64,000 nucleotides of DNA from a virus. Position 1 is the stretch's first letter. Each line of letters opens with the position of its first letter. The stretch lies in IMG/VR virus record IMGVR_UViG_3300008448_000004, positions 32,001-96,000 of that record. One strand, written 5' to 3'. Both the position numbers and the translations under genes were made by a program. The notes under the pieces are model-generated. The model was not told the DNA's origin, did no database searches, and saw only the letters and a program-made list of their open reading frames with translations. Shown here in pieces: positions 8,527 to 18,033 of this stretch.

Positions 8527-9414
8527 TTAAGCATTTTGGTTTTTAGTATACTCGGCGTAATGCGCTTCAGCTCGCTTAGTCTTCCAATCAGCTGTTTTAG
8601 TTTCCCATTCGTATACTTCTTCGATAAACTGATCAAGTCTCATAGCTGTTAATTCGTAAGTTCGAAGGCTCTTCGGACCACCTTCAACTTCTACGCGATA
8701 TTTTATACCGACTTTACCTATAATCTTATACGAATTAATATAGGTGTATTCGTAGTTACCACGTCCGTACTGAAGTTGTGCGGTGCCTGGCTTCTCTTCA
8801 AGTATACGTTTGTCTTCTTGCCAGTTAATCTCTTTGTAGGGCTTTAGGGTAAACTTAACACCTATCTTCCTATACTCTGCTTTCTTCTGTACTGCCATAT
8901 CTGACTCTACCTGACGAACACTTCGGTTGAGCGTTTGAATCTCTTCCCAGATAGGAGCTATTTCACTCTCTGTAGCATCGTAGGCATGGCTCCAGTTATT
9001 AAGGAATTCATTAGCTATGGCACTAAAGTTCTTTCCTACTTCTCCGACTAGCTTCATATAGGTAAGTTCAGCATTATAGCCGACTTGTATACTGCTCTCT
9101 CCATCAAACCGAAGATTACAGTACTCTTCATTTTTACCTTCGCTACGCCAGTTACGTTCTTTTCGAAGTTCTACCTGACGAGTCCATCGTGATTTGCTTT
9201 CCATATTAACTGAGATGTTAATTGCGGAAGAGTTGGACATCTCTACTTTCAAAGGTACGTAGATTAGATCACATTCAGTTCGCAACCAGTCGGTAATCTC
9301 GGCAACTAGTTTTTCTTTTGCCGGAATAACAACTTCGGTGTGCATAGTTTTAGCTTTAAGCTCGAGCGATTCGATCTGAGACTTAAGGGCGTTGAGGACA
9401 ATTTGATTACTCAT
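8527..9414 (-). CDS. Hypothetical early protein (coiled-coil)
   Basis: 295 aa ORF downstream of its own promoter. Confidence 0.75.
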   Translation of the reverse strand: MSNQIVLNALKSQIESLELKAKTMHTEVVIPAKEKLVAEITDWLRTECDLIYVPLKVEMSNSSAINISVNMESKSRWTRQVELRKERNWRSEGKNEEYCNLRFDGESSIQVGYNAELTYMKLVGEVGKNFSAIANEFLNNWSHAYDATESEIAPIWEEIQTLNRSVRQVESDMAVQKKAEYRKIGVKFTLKPYKEINWQEDKRILEEKPGTAQLQYGRGNYEYTYINSYKIIGKVGIKYRVEVEGGPKSLRTYELTAMRLDQFIEEVYEWETKTADWKTKRAEAHYAEYTKNQNA

Positions 9415-9437
9415 AACTTTTATTTAATTGATTTAAC

Positions 9438-9469
9438 TAAAGATAGGTGATGTTTTTCAGACTAGCAAC
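9438..9469 (-). promoter_or_regulatory. Bacteroidota sigma70-type promoter
   Basis: GTTGCTAGTCTGAAAAACATCACC TATCTTTA. Confidence 0.85.
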
Positions 9470-9475
9470 TTTTTT

Positions 9476-9751
9476 TTAACAGCCAGCTTGACGTTCTAGC
9501 TCTTCATCGATTCGCATCTGATGGTATTTCCATTTCTCCCAAAACTCAGCATTAGTTTCTTTTTCGGGAGCAGGCCAGTTTTTATCATTAGACCAGCCTT
9601 CGGGAAACATCGGCTTAAAGTCCTCGTCTGTTAACTTAGGATTCATAAGCTCAAAAGTAGCTCTAAATCTAGAGTAATCTTTGTCTTCAAGACTCATTCT
9701 CACTAGCGTCTGTAACGCATTCTTCTTATTCATAACTTTTATTTTTAACAT
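9476..9751 (-). CDS. Hypothetical protein
   Basis: 91 aa ORF (start may be an internal Met). Confidence 0.6.
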   Translation of the reverse strand: MLKIKVMNKKNALQTLVRMSLEDKDYSRFRATFELMNPKLTDEDFKPMFPEGWSNDKNWPAPEKETNAEFWEKWKYHQMRIDEELERQAGC

Positions 9752-9758
9752 GATTTGA

Positions 9759-9992
9759 TTAGCAGTAGATAGCGGTGGTTACGTTGGCTTTGAGCCTATT
9801 CCAAAACGTCTTATCTTTTCGTATGAACATTGTCATGCTCTTCTTAACATAAGACTCCTCAATCCAACCGTCGACAGTCACAGAGCTATTATACAGGCGG
9901 ACAAAGATCCCAGCACAGTAAGGCATATTATTATCTCTAAAGAAGTCTACAAGCTGGTCAAGGTTCAGTCTGTCTGTTAAATTCGTATTCAT
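9759..9992 (-). CDS. Hypothetical protein
   Basis: 77 aa ORF downstream of a promoter. Confidence 0.65.
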   Translation of the reverse strand: MNTNLTDRLNLDQLVDFFRDNNMPYCAGIFVRLYNSSVTVDGWIEESYVKKSMTMFIRKDKTFWNRLKANVTTAIYC

Positions 9993-9997
9993 AACTT

Positions 9998-10174
9998 TTA
10001 TTTTTGATTGATATAACTAAAGGTACGAGCTTTTTTTCAGGCCGCCAACTTTTTCCAAGATTTATTTTTACGAGAGTAAACCTTTTTAGAAGGCTTTACC
10101 TTCTGGATCATCTGACGGCGGATGATTTGAGCTACGTGTCGCTCTGAAAGTCCGTTAAAAGTATCGTTTGTCAT
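9998..10174 (-). CDS. Small basic protein (58 aa, not in ORF track)
   Basis: MTNDTFNGLSERHVAQIIRRQMIQKVKPSKKVYSRKNKSW..; 3' end overlaps the next promoter. Confidence 0.45.
10018..10049 (-). promoter_or_regulatory. Bacteroidota sigma70-type promoter
   Basis: GTTG-N20-TACCTTTA. Confidence 0.8.
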
Positions 10175-10196
10175 AACTACTATTGATTGATATAAC

Positions 10197-10228
10197 TAAA
10201 GATACGGAGACTATCTCAGACGAGCAAC
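10197..10228 (-). promoter_or_regulatory. Bacteroidota sigma70-type promoter
   Basis: GTTGCTCGTCTGAGATAGTCTCCG TATCTTTA. Confidence 0.85.
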
Positions 10229-10251
10229 TTTATTTTAAAAAGTACAAAAAA

Positions 10252-10301
10252 AAGCCCATTGAGAATCAATGGGTTATAACTTATTGAGAATCAATGAGTT
10301 A
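10252..10301 (-). repeat. Tandem pair of 25-bp palindromes; second copy plus T-run is terminator-like
   Basis: TAACTCATTGATTCTCAATAAGTTA TAACCCATTGATTCTCAATGGGCTTTTTTTT; the first TAA is the stop of the 10299-10526 ORF. Confidence 0.85.
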
Positions 10302-10526
10302 GAAAAGGCGGTTATTCCCTCTACCTGCTTGATGATTTTCTTTCATCAACCTATACCAGGTTAGGCTAATATCAATTGCTGCAAGAAGAGGAGCAAAGAT
10401 TATAATAGCTAAAGTCTCAAGTCCGGGAGTAGCGCCGATAACTCCGTCGAGGGTATACCTTTTATAACTCTTAAACGCTCTCCAAAGACAGTAGGTAATG
10501 CTTACAATGTAAATAATCCAAAACAT
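10299..10526 (-). CDS. Small membrane protein
   Basis: 75 aa with two hydrophobic segments. Confidence 0.65.
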   Translation of the reverse strand: MFWIIYIVSITYCLWRAFKSYKRYTLDGVIGATPGLETLAIIIFAPLLAAIDISLTWYRLMKENHQAGRGNNRLF

Positions 10527-10537
10527 ATGTTTAATTT

Positions 10538-11317
10538 TTAGTATATATCTAATGTTCTATCTGCTCTAATTTCAACCTCCCAAGGTTTGTTTACTGGGTT
10601 ATAGGCATGGTTACATATGCTTGCGTTTATGTAAGTAGTAAAGACATTCTCATCCCAGCCATGACTTTCATGTATATGTCCCGATAGGTGTAACAGAGGT
10701 GAAATACCTTCTACTTTCTTTCTAAGATCTTCACATCCTACATACTCTTGGGTAGACGGAATGTAGTCTAGTTTATAAGCAACCGGTCCATGAGTTATAA
10801 TTATGTCTGTATCTCTAGGAATCTCTTCCCAGATCTTAGCTATATCCGGACCTCGGTGAGCGTTAAACGCCCATCTATCTCCATGAAACCAGGGAGTATA
10901 TGGACTACCCCATATCTTTATCGTATTACTACCATCGCCTATTTCTATCGACGAGTTTTCCAAATAAGAAACGCCATAATCGCTAAGTTCAAAATCAGAT
11001 AGAGTATTACGAAGCCACGTTGGCTTTTTGCTATGCGATGTATCGTCCCAAAGATCGGAATCTTCATAAGTTCTAAAAAATTTTGGATCAAATGACTTAT
11101 CATGGTTGCCTGCAATAAATACAACTCCATAGGTAAATCTAGGAGCTTGTTTAATACACCATTCAAAGAAGTCCATAACCTCTCCTTTCTGTCCAACTCC
11201 GGAGAAGTCTCCTGCATGTAGTAAAACATCTCCATCAGGCAATGCATTAGGGAAGCGAGCTTTGCTTGTAAGGTGCTTATGCTGGTTGTGTGTGTCTGAT
11301 ATGCAGACTAGTTTCAT
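10538..11317 (-). CDS. Calcineurin-like metallophosphoesterase (MPPED2/239FB-like)
   Basis: SDTH, HAGD, AGNHD, THGP and SGHIH motifs. Confidence 0.9.
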   Translation of the reverse strand: MKLVCISDTHNQHKHLTSKARFPNALPDGDVLLHAGDFSGVGQKGEVMDFFEWCIKQAPRFTYGVVFIAGNHDKSFDPKFFRTYEDSDLWDDTSHSKKPTWLRNTLSDFELSDYGVSYLENSSIEIGDGSNTIKIWGSPYTPWFHGDRWAFNAHRGPDIAKIWEEIPRDTDIIITHGPVAYKLDYIPSTQEYVGCEDLRKKVEGISPLLHLSGHIHESHGWDENVFTTYINASICNHAYNPVNKPWEVEIRADRTLDIY

Positions 11318-11517
11318 GAAAGTATTGCTTTAAGCTTTAACATATCGTACTGTGCTAACATATCTTTAGCATTAAGTATCCCAGTCCTATCAGTATACAT
11401 ACGTGATACTTTTAATTCTTTAACCCATTTCTGGTAGTTAGCATCTAATTTCGTCTGTTCACGTTCCAGCTCAATCTCCTGTAAACGATCTAGATCTAGA
11501 GTTAATATACTATTCAT
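11314..11517 (-). CDS. Hypothetical protein
   Basis: 67 aa, overlaps the next gene by 4 nt. Confidence 0.6.
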   Translation of the reverse strand: MNSILTLDLDRLQEIELEREQTKLDANYQKWVKELKVSRMYTDRTGILNAKDMLAQYDMLKLKAILS

Positions 11518-11559
11518 AGAGGTTTATTTGAAATAAAGATAGGGGTTATCTATCAAATA

Positions 11560-11769
11560 TCAAACTGATTCTTGTTCGTGAGAGTTATCTAAGGATCCTA
11601 CCGTCTGGTATGCATCCCATAGCTGCTCTAAAGCATGCTCTAGTTGAACTTTAACATTTCTATTCTGCTTCGATACTGGATGATTCATACAGTGCTCATC
11701 TAAGGTACACATCAGTATATGTAATCGATCCATAAGTTCAAGATAGTGTCCGGCATTAACTTTTTCCAT
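11560..11769 (-). CDS. Hypothetical protein
   Basis: 69 aa ORF. Confidence 0.6.
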   Translation of the reverse strand: MEKVNAGHYLELMDRLHILMCTLDEHCMNHPVSKQNRNVKVQLEHALEQLWDAYQTVGSLDNSHEQESV

Positions 11770-11774
11770 ATAAA

Positions 11775-12704
11775 CTAATTACTCAGAGGTGCTTTAATTG
11801 CTGGATGATATTGATAGTCTTCTAGTTGAAAGTTAACTTCACCGTTTACTGCTTCATCTAATCCCTTGTGTTCTAAGTTAGCTAAGAATATAGGATTCAT
11901 TTGTAACCTGGGTAGCTTATAAGGTGTTCTTTTAATTTGTTCTTTTGCCTGCTCAATATGGTTACTGTATAGATGTACATCGCCTAGATTACCTATTAGT
12001 TCATCGGGAACCATACCTACTGCTTTAGCGAGAATTTGAAGAAGTAATCCGTACGAAGCAATGTTAAACGGCAACCCTAGGAACGTATCTACTGATCGTT
12101 GATTCCACATTAGAGAGATTGCTCTTGTAGGTGCTGCATTATTTGCCGGGTAATAAGTTAGTCTTTCTTGTACGGTTAACTCTCTCGTATAGACTTGAAA
12201 TCCATAATGACAAGGAGGTAATACCATTTGATCTAACTCGGCTACATTCCAAGCATTGACCATCAATCTTCTACTATCCGGGTCTGTTTTTAGTTGATGT
12301 ATGAGCATTAGAATCTGATCATACCATACTGATCCTTTTGCTAAGTAGTGAACGTTCGGAAGATCTATCCATCCTTGCCATCTCCTCCATTGTTTACCGT
12401 AGATTGGTCCTAATTCACCATCTGTTCTTCCTGATTTAATATAGTCACCATCCCAAATATGGCAGTTATTATCATGTAGAAATTTAATATTAGTATCCCC
12501 TCTCAAGAACCAAACAAGTTCAGTCACCATAGTCTTGAATGCCATCTTCTTTGTAGTCAACAATGGAAATCCTTCTTTCATGTTGTGCCTAATTTGCCAA
12601 CCGAAGATTGATCTTGCCCCTGTACCTGTTCGATCTGCTTTATCGATGCCGAAATGTAGGATATGTTCTACTAACTCTTTGTACTGACGATCTATATTGT
12701 TCAT
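11775..12704 (-). CDS. thyA: Thymidylate synthase
   Basis: DRTGTG, LLTTKK, GPIYGKQWR, LPPCH, QRSVDTFLGLPFNIASY, GDVHLYSNH. Confidence 0.97.
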   Translation of the reverse strand: MNNIDRQYKELVEHILHFGIDKADRTGTGARSIFGWQIRHNMKEGFPLLTTKKMAFKTMVTELVWFLRGDTNIKFLHDNNCHIWDGDYIKSGRTDGELGPIYGKQWRRWQGWIDLPNVHYLAKGSVWYDQILMLIHQLKTDPDSRRLMVNAWNVAELDQMVLPPCHYGFQVYTRELTVQERLTYYPANNAAPTRAISLMWNQRSVDTFLGLPFNIASYGLLLQILAKAVGMVPDELIGNLGDVHLYSNHIEQAKEQIKRTPYKLPRLQMNPIFLANLEHKGLDEAVNGEVNFQLEDYQYHPAIKAPLSN

Positions 12705-12713
12705 TAATCTGGT

Positions 12714-13571
12714 TTAATCTTCACTAACAGCTCTACCTACTTGTTTTAGCCAATCTAGGTCTGTTCTAACTAAAGCATTCTTATTAATAGCTGCTGTAAG
12801 GATGGTTGTATCAACATCTAAAGACTTTGCTAGAAACTCTAGCGCTTTTATATCTTTAGGGAAGCAATGACCTCCGTACCCGTAATCACCATCCGGTCCA
12901 GGCACTGCCCAGTGAGAGTGTCCTAACCTATCATCGTATCGAGCATACTCAATAACCTTATCATAATCTATGCTCAATGCTCGACATAGCTCGTACATTT
13001 CGTTTGCAAAAGAAACTTTAGTTGCAAGGAAAGTATTAGTAACATACTTTATCATTTCAGCAGTTGTAGAATCTGTTTTAATGATATTAACTTTAGGAAA
13101 TACTTTTGAGAAGATATGTTTAACTCTAGAAGATACTTCTCTTTCTCCTCCTATAATTATCCTACTCTGATTTTTATAATCTTCTACTGCGTTAGCTTCT
13201 GTTAGAAACTCTGGGTTAAATGTTACCGTTAGGTTAGAGTACTCTCGATTAAGGCCTTTAGTAGTGCCGGGTGGAACAGTAGACTTTAGAATAACTACAA
13301 GATCTACTATACCTAGATTATAAGCGGCAAGGTCTAGCTCTCTCAGCACGCTTCGTACAATACTAAGATCACATTCGCCATTCTTTTTCATCGGAGTAGG
13401 TACACATAAGAAGATATCTCGAGTTAAAGATACCAGCTGGTCTACTGAGGATGTATTAGTTTGTTTTGTTTTATCTTTATCGTAGGTGTAGATATTGAAA
13501 TGATTCTTCATTCCTTCTCTAACGGCTGAACCTACAAAGCCTTGTCCTATAATACCTATTGATTCTTTCAT
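12714..13571 (-). CDS. ugd: UDP-glucose/GDP-mannose 6-dehydrogenase family, lacking the C-terminal domain
   Basis: GQGFVG, CVPTP, KSTVPPGT, NPEFLTE, AEMIKY..N, GYGGHCFPKD; only 285 aa. Confidence 0.85.
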   Translation of the reverse strand: MKESIGIIGQGFVGSAVREGMKNHFNIYTYDKDKTKQTNTSSVDQLVSLTRDIFLCVPTPMKKNGECDLSIVRSVLRELDLAAYNLGIVDLVVILKSTVPPGTTKGLNREYSNLTVTFNPEFLTEANAVEDYKNQSRIIIGGEREVSSRVKHIFSKVFPKVNIIKTDSTTAEMIKYVTNTFLATKVSFANEMYELCRALSIDYDKVIEYARYDDRLGHSHWAVPGPDGDYGYGGHCFPKDIKALEFLAKSLDVDTTILTAAINKNALVRTDLDWLKQVGRAVSED

Positions 13572-13864
13572 TCTGTTTCTTCTGAGATGATTGTTGCGTA
13601 TTGATCTGCTGCTTTAGGGTTACGTTCGTTAAGTATTTGGAAAGCTACCTGGTAGCGTCCTAACTCTATCTGAGTAGGGAATAATTCACTGTAGAGAGAA
13701 TCAGCTTTACTTTCAATACTGTCTACGTGATGTGCTAGGCTATCTGCTCTTAGCTCTAGAGTGTAGAGTTTAGTTCTTAGCCTGCTTACTTTCTTGTAAT
13801 TAGAGAATTGAAGGATTGCCATACCTGCAACTAAAATTGCAGCTAACAAATAAGTCTTATTCAT
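13568..13864 (-). CDS. Membrane-anchored coiled-coil protein
   Basis: N-terminal hydrophobic helix plus heptads. Confidence 0.6.
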   Translation of the reverse strand: MNKTYLLAAILVAGMAILQFSNYKKVSRLRTKLYTLELRADSLAHHVDSIESKADSLYSELFPTQIELGRYQVAFQILNERNPKAADQYATIISEETE

Positions 13865-14015
13865 GATATATTATTTTTATCTTCTTCATCTGAATCCCAG
13901 TTTAGGAAGTCCTCTCCTTTATAGTCGGGATGATTCTTATGCATATAGGCTATACCTCCGGCCCATAGCCATGCAATACTTAATACGATTGCTAACATAA
14001 ACAGTATAAATCCTA

Positions 14016-14282
14016 TCATTGTTCTATTATTTTTAATCCGTAATTTAAGTTAATCATAGCCATCTCAACTTGAGCTTGTTTCTTAGTTGTTCTCAAATAA
14101 TGCTTAATAAACCCCTCACCCCAATCCCGCCACTGCTTATTCTGTTCTGGAGTCATGGTATACTGCAAATACCATTCATCTGTTCGATTGAGTAGGTCTT
14201 CGTACACTACACTATGCCCTGCTATCTTAAACATCTCGTTTATTAAGGCTCTTATTACTTGAGTTCTATCTAATCGTCCCAT
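14016..14282 (-). CDS. Hypothetical protein
   Basis: 88 aa ORF. Confidence 0.6.
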   Translation of the reverse strand: MGRLDRTQVIRALINEMFKIAGHSVVYEDLLNRTDEWYLQYTMTPEQNKQWRDWGEGFIKHYLRTTKKQAQVEMAMINLNYGLKIIEQ

Positions 14283-14291
14283 AGTGTTAAG

Positions 14292-15416
14292 TTATGAATT
14301 TTCTTCTTTATTCCAAAATGGTTTCTGGTACTTAGGTTTAAGAAGTTTCCAAATAAGCTCAGTCTGCTTTACTCTATTACCGCTCCACATAGCATACATT
14401 ACCGGATGCAGTTCAGGAGGCATATTATTTTGAACGTATAAAGCATAATCTTTCTTAGAAGGTTCTGGATCTTTATCTCCATACTTGCCGTACTTAAACG
14501 AGTCGTGAGCTTTTCCACATCTTTCATATATGCTATAGAATGCATATTTAAACTCTCCTATCTTATACCTAACCCATTTGTCAAACTCATCCGGTACTTG
14601 TTGAAGAAGTTTAATAATGTCTTCCGATCTTCCTTCTTTTAACGCTTCCCAGATATCAGTTGTAGCAAAGTTAGTTAGTAGACTATGAAGTCTAACATAC
14701 TCTTCGAACTTAATCTTCATTCTAAAATTACCTGGCTGAAATCTTAAGATAAATCCTTCTTTATTTGCTTCGTTTTTAGCTTTTAAACTTCTATATAAAT
14801 CAGGGCCAAAAGCAAAGTGTTGTTCAGTCTTGACTAAATCTTCTTCCGGTATTCCGGACATATTAAAGATTGCTTTAGCAGTAGTCCAATGTACCTCTTC
14901 TCCGTTGATTGTTGCACTTAAAAAGACTACCTTTTCTTCTCCATTATAATCTACTACGATTCTATTTTCAGGGTATATTATCTCGCAGATATACGCTGTA
15001 TTAGTTTCAAAAGCTCTTAAGTTGTACTTAGATTTAATAATCTCCATACCTTTAATAGCTTGCTCTGATATAAATGATCCTTTAGTAGCTAAATGCCATT
15101 CGTTATTATAGTAGAATAAAGTACCTAAAGAGCCGTCTACTTTCTCTTGAACATAAACGTAATCTCCTTTTTCCGGTATTTGATTAGGCCGTAATAACTC
15201 TTCGTAGTTAAAAAACTTAGCAAAAGAACTAGCTATAACATTTCCTTCTTTATCTAGAATTAAACCTCTACAGTTTAAAGTTATATCATCCCACTTCTTC
15301 TCATACTGGCATGTCCTTGAGTAGTTGTAGATAGAAAGAGGAAGGGTTGGATGATCTTGTTTGACTATCCACCCTTCATCAATATAACTGTTTAGTATGC
15401 TTAGATCGTATCTCAT
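14292..15416 (-). CDS. T4 Rnl1-like RNA ligase
   Basis: FAKFFN, motif I EKVDGSL, ATKGSF, EIIYPENRIVVDY, EGFILRF, KIKFEEY. Confidence 0.9.
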   Translation of the reverse strand: MRYDLSILNSYIDEGWIVKQDHPTLPLSIYNYSRTCQYEKKWDDITLNCRGLILDKEGNVIASSFAKFFNYEELLRPNQIPEKGDYVYVQEKVDGSLGTLFYYNNEWHLATKGSFISEQAIKGMEIIKSKYNLRAFETNTAYICEIIYPENRIVVDYNGEEKVVFLSATINGEEVHWTTAKAIFNMSGIPEEDLVKTEQHFAFGPDLYRSLKAKNEANKEGFILRFQPGNFRMKIKFEEYVRLHSLLTNFATTDIWEALKEGRSEDIIKLLQQVPDEFDKWVRYKIGEFKYAFYSIYERCGKAHDSFKYGKYGDKDPEPSKKDYALYVQNNMPPELHPVMYAMWSGNRVKQTELIWKLLKPKYQKPFWNKEENS

Positions 15417-15826
15417 AATTTGATCTCAAATCTATTTTTCATTTGCTCTAACTTCTCAGCAGGTACTCCATGCTCGTTAACTCCTCCATGCCTGTTCTCA
15501 ACTATTATACTAAAGACATGGTACCCGTACTCTTCTGCTAGCTTATAATACTCCTCCATTTCCCATTCCTGGGTAAAAGTATTCGATACTACAATCTCAG
15601 GATAGTACTGAGAGTTTAATTGATTATCTTTCATTCTCGTCTCTACTTCTCTCCTACACCAAGCATGAGCGTCTTTTATCTTAGATGGGTCAAAGTTATA
15701 GACTCCATCTGCTCCTATAAAATACTTATCTGCTTCACATACAGCATATTCATTCCAGATTAAATTAGCAAAAGTACTCTTACCTGCTCCTGGACAGCCT
15801 CTAACTAAAAATAGTGCTTTTATCAT
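15413..15826 (-). CDS. P-loop polynucleotide kinase-like (AAA_33) domain
   Basis: Walker A GCPGAGKST, EAD, VSNTFTQ..E, NEHGVP; translationally coupled to the ligase. Confidence 0.85.
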   Translation of the reverse strand: MIKALFLVRGCPGAGKSTFANLIWNEYAVCEADKYFIGADGVYNFDPSKIKDAHAWCRREVETRMKDNQLNSQYYPEIVVSNTFTQEWEMEEYYKLAEEYGYHVFSIIVENRHGGVNEHGVPAEKLEQMKNRFEIKL

Positions 15827-15832
15827 ACAGTC

Positions 15833-16495
15833 TTATTTTTCTCCTACTAAACGTTCTTCGTGGTGATCTTGAGGCAGTCTATTAGCTTGGACTGGACGGC
15901 CGGATAACATTCTAACAACATCTTCCATATCGTAAGGAGTTAGATCGTTTCCATCCATGCCTACGTCCATACTTCTACCTCCCATTTTCTTTTTAGATGA
16001 AGGCAGGTGTACGTGTCCAAATAGGTGAAACCTTCCCTTATTCATATTATGCCAACTACATAAAGGATAATGCATGAGCACAAACTCATAATTACCTTTC
16101 GGTGAGTAAACATTTAACACCAGGTATTCAAAAGTCTTTCTAAAGATACCTTGAATACCTTCGCGGTTATTCTCGATATGATGATCGTGATTCCCGTATA
16201 GAAGGAATATGTTCTGACATACAATTCGATCTCTAAATTCTTTGATTGATTCAAATCCTCCGAAAGACCAGTCCCCTAAGTGAAATAGTATATCATCCTG
16301 CCCCACTGTGTTATTGATACCGGCTACAATAGCGGCGTTCATCTTTTCGAGGTTAGCAAAGTCTCTAGTCTGAGAGATAGGAATATCTCCAGTTTGAGTT
16401 CTCCAGTCAGTTACTCCTCTACATATGTTTCTATGATTATAGTGCGTATCGGAAGTAAAGAACAGACGTTGTCCTTCTCTTAAAACCAGCTTCAT
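15833..16495 (-). CDS. Calcineurin-like phosphoesterase
   Basis: SDTH, HLGD, GNHD, MHYP, FGHVH and DVGMD motifs. Confidence 0.9.
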   Translation of the reverse strand: MKLVLREGQRLFFTSDTHYNHRNICRGVTDWRTQTGDIPISQTRDFANLEKMNAAIVAGINNTVGQDDILFHLGDWSFGGFESIKEFRDRIVCQNIFLLYGNHDHHIENNREGIQGIFRKTFEYLVLNVYSPKGNYEFVLMHYPLCSWHNMNKGRFHLFGHVHLPSSKKKMGGRSMDVGMDGNDLTPYDMEDVVRMLSGRPVQANRLPQDHHEERLVGEK

Positions 16496-16498
16496 ATT

Positions 16499-16708
16499 TT
16501 ATTCTTTTGAGGTACTATTAGATCTTGTAAACAGGACTTGGAATAATGCAATTAACCCCAAAGCTTTCCAGAAAGTAATCTCATGTATACCTTCTACAGT
16601 ACCTACCAGGCAACTGTTCCAAAGCCACATAACCGGGTAGGCTAAAAGTATTGCTATTACTGCTATAAATACTATAGCTGTTACTACTACAACTAAAGTC
16701 TGTTTCAT
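16499..16708 (-). CDS. Small membrane protein
   Basis: Two hydrophobic segments; ITFWKALGL. Confidence 0.6.
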   Translation of the reverse strand: MKQTLVVVVTAIVFIAVIAILLAYPVMWLWNSCLVGTVEGIHEITFWKALGLIALFQVLFTRSNSTSKE

Positions 16709-16728
16709 GTTTGTTTGATTGAGTATGT

Positions 16729-16965
16729 TTAGAATTCGCCTTTCATTTTTATTTTTGTCTTGCGAGAAAGATCTCTTCGCAGTTGATCCGATTCAAGTGT
16801 TTTCTCTAACTCTTCTTGATTTACTATATCAAGGATTTGTCGAGCGGCTTCTGCATCTACCCAAGGATTGCCATCAACGTCGTAGATGTCTCCTATGTAG
16901 TAGAGGTCGTCTACCATTTTAAGATCGGATAATTTTCTTTTGTAATAACCATAACTGAAGCTCAT
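16729..16965 (-). CDS. Hypothetical protein
   Basis: 78 aa ORF. Confidence 0.6.
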   Translation of the reverse strand: MSFSYGYYKRKLSDLKMVDDLYYIGDIYDVDGNPWVDAEAARQILDIVNQEELEKTLESDQLRRDLSRKTKIKMKGEF

Positions 16966-16995
16966 ACATCACATTTTACTTTTTAACGATATACC

Positions 16996-17027
16996 TTAAG
17001 ATAGGTAATTTGACTCAATTTACCAAC
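16996..17027 (-). promoter_or_regulatory. Bacteroidota sigma70-type promoter
   Basis: GTTG-N20-TATCTTAA. Confidence 0.65.
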
Positions 17028-17305
17028 TTTACTTCTTTGATAAGGTTGGTATAAGTCTTCCCACAAATAGCAGGGTTAGAAGCTATTTCGCTAGCTATAG
17101 AATTTTTCTGGATCTTTTTAGTCCAGATTTGATTCTTGTAGTTAGCAACAGTACACTCGGTACCGTTATCTTCTAAAACAATCCACATCTCAGGATCATA
17201 ACTATGCCTACTTGTCATAGACATTCCCCAGGCAGATACAAAGTAGCAATATCCTACAAGGTTAATTTCTTTCAATTGATCGTAACTCTTCAATTTCATA
17301 TACAC
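17015..17305 (-). CDS. Hypothetical protein
   Basis: 96 aa ORF. Confidence 0.6.
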   Translation of the reverse strand: MYMKLKSYDQLKEINLVGYCYFVSAWGMSMTSRHSYDPEMWIVLEDNGTECTVANYKNQIWTKKIQKNSIASEIASNPAICGKTYTNLIKEVKLVN

Positions 17306-17322
17306 ATTTTTTGATTACTAAA

Positions 17323-17760
17323 TTAAGCGGCATTCTGTACGAATGCCATTGATGCCCAAGTCTTGGTATTTAAGCTCTTCCACATATTCCAGTCGACCAT
17401 TTTACTGAAAGCGCGGTGCATATCACCTACGGTTAAAGCTTCTAAGATACCTTTGTCAATACTAACCCATTTACCACCTTTAACACACAGTACGTGAAAC
17501 CAGTGGCCACCTATCTTTACTTCAACACCTCCGCAGTGCTTGGATAAGTTATGTACTAAGCTTCCAACTGTACCTTTCGCATCAGCAATAATTTGGAAAC
17601 CAGCTCTACATTTCGTAATCCAACGAAACTCATACTCGTCTGTTGCAGATTTTAAGTGGTTACTAACGCTTACATCTTTACCGTTGATTCTGATGTTACC
17701 GTAGAACACATCACCGCCACAAATACTTTTCTTGTCATTTACTGTGATCATACTTTTCAT
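17323..17760 (-). CDS. Hypothetical early protein
   Basis: Start re-placed at MKSMIT (17760), downstream of the promoter at 17791-17822. Confidence 0.7.
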   Translation of the reverse strand: MKSMITVNDKKSICGGDVFYGNIRINGKDVSVSNHLKSATDEYEFRWITKCRAGFQIIADAKGTVGSLVHNLSKHCGGVEVKIGGHWFHVLCVKGGKWVSIDKGILEALTVGDMHRAFSKMVDWNMWKSLNTKTWASMAFVQNAA

Positions 17761-17790
17761 AACTCTTATTTTTGATTTGATTGATATAAC

Positions 17791-17822
17791 TAAAGATAGG
17801 AAACTTTTTTCAGACGAGCAAC
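17791..17822 (-). promoter_or_regulatory. Bacteroidota sigma70-type promoter
   Basis: GTTGCTCGTCTGAAAAAAGTTTCC TATCTTTA. Confidence 0.85.
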
Positions 17823-17956
17823 TATTTTTCTTGCTCTTCTTGAATTTTTTCCATAAACACCTCATACAGCTCTTCGAAGGTGAGGTCAGTCTGCCACATT
17901 CTGGTAATGATTAACCACTTGCTAAATTCGATTGCTCTTTCTTTTACGTAATCCAT
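17822..17956 (-). CDS. Small hypothetical protein (44 aa, not in ORF track)
   Basis: MDYVKERAIEFSKWLIITRMWQTDLTFEELYEVFMEKIQEEQEK*, lies between two promoters. Confidence 0.55.
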   Translation of the reverse strand: MDYVKERAIEFSKWLIITRMWQTDLTFEELYEVFMEKIQEEQEK

Positions 17957-17978
17957 ATCCTTGATTGATTAATATACC

Positions 17979-18010
17979 TTAAGATAGGAATCTTTTTTCA
18001 GACGAGCAAC
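17979..18010 (-). promoter_or_regulatory. Bacteroidota sigma70-type promoter
   Basis: GTTGCTCGTCTGAAAAAAGATTCC TATCTTAA. Confidence 0.8.
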
Positions 18011-18033
18011 TTTTTCTTGAAAAATACAGAAAA

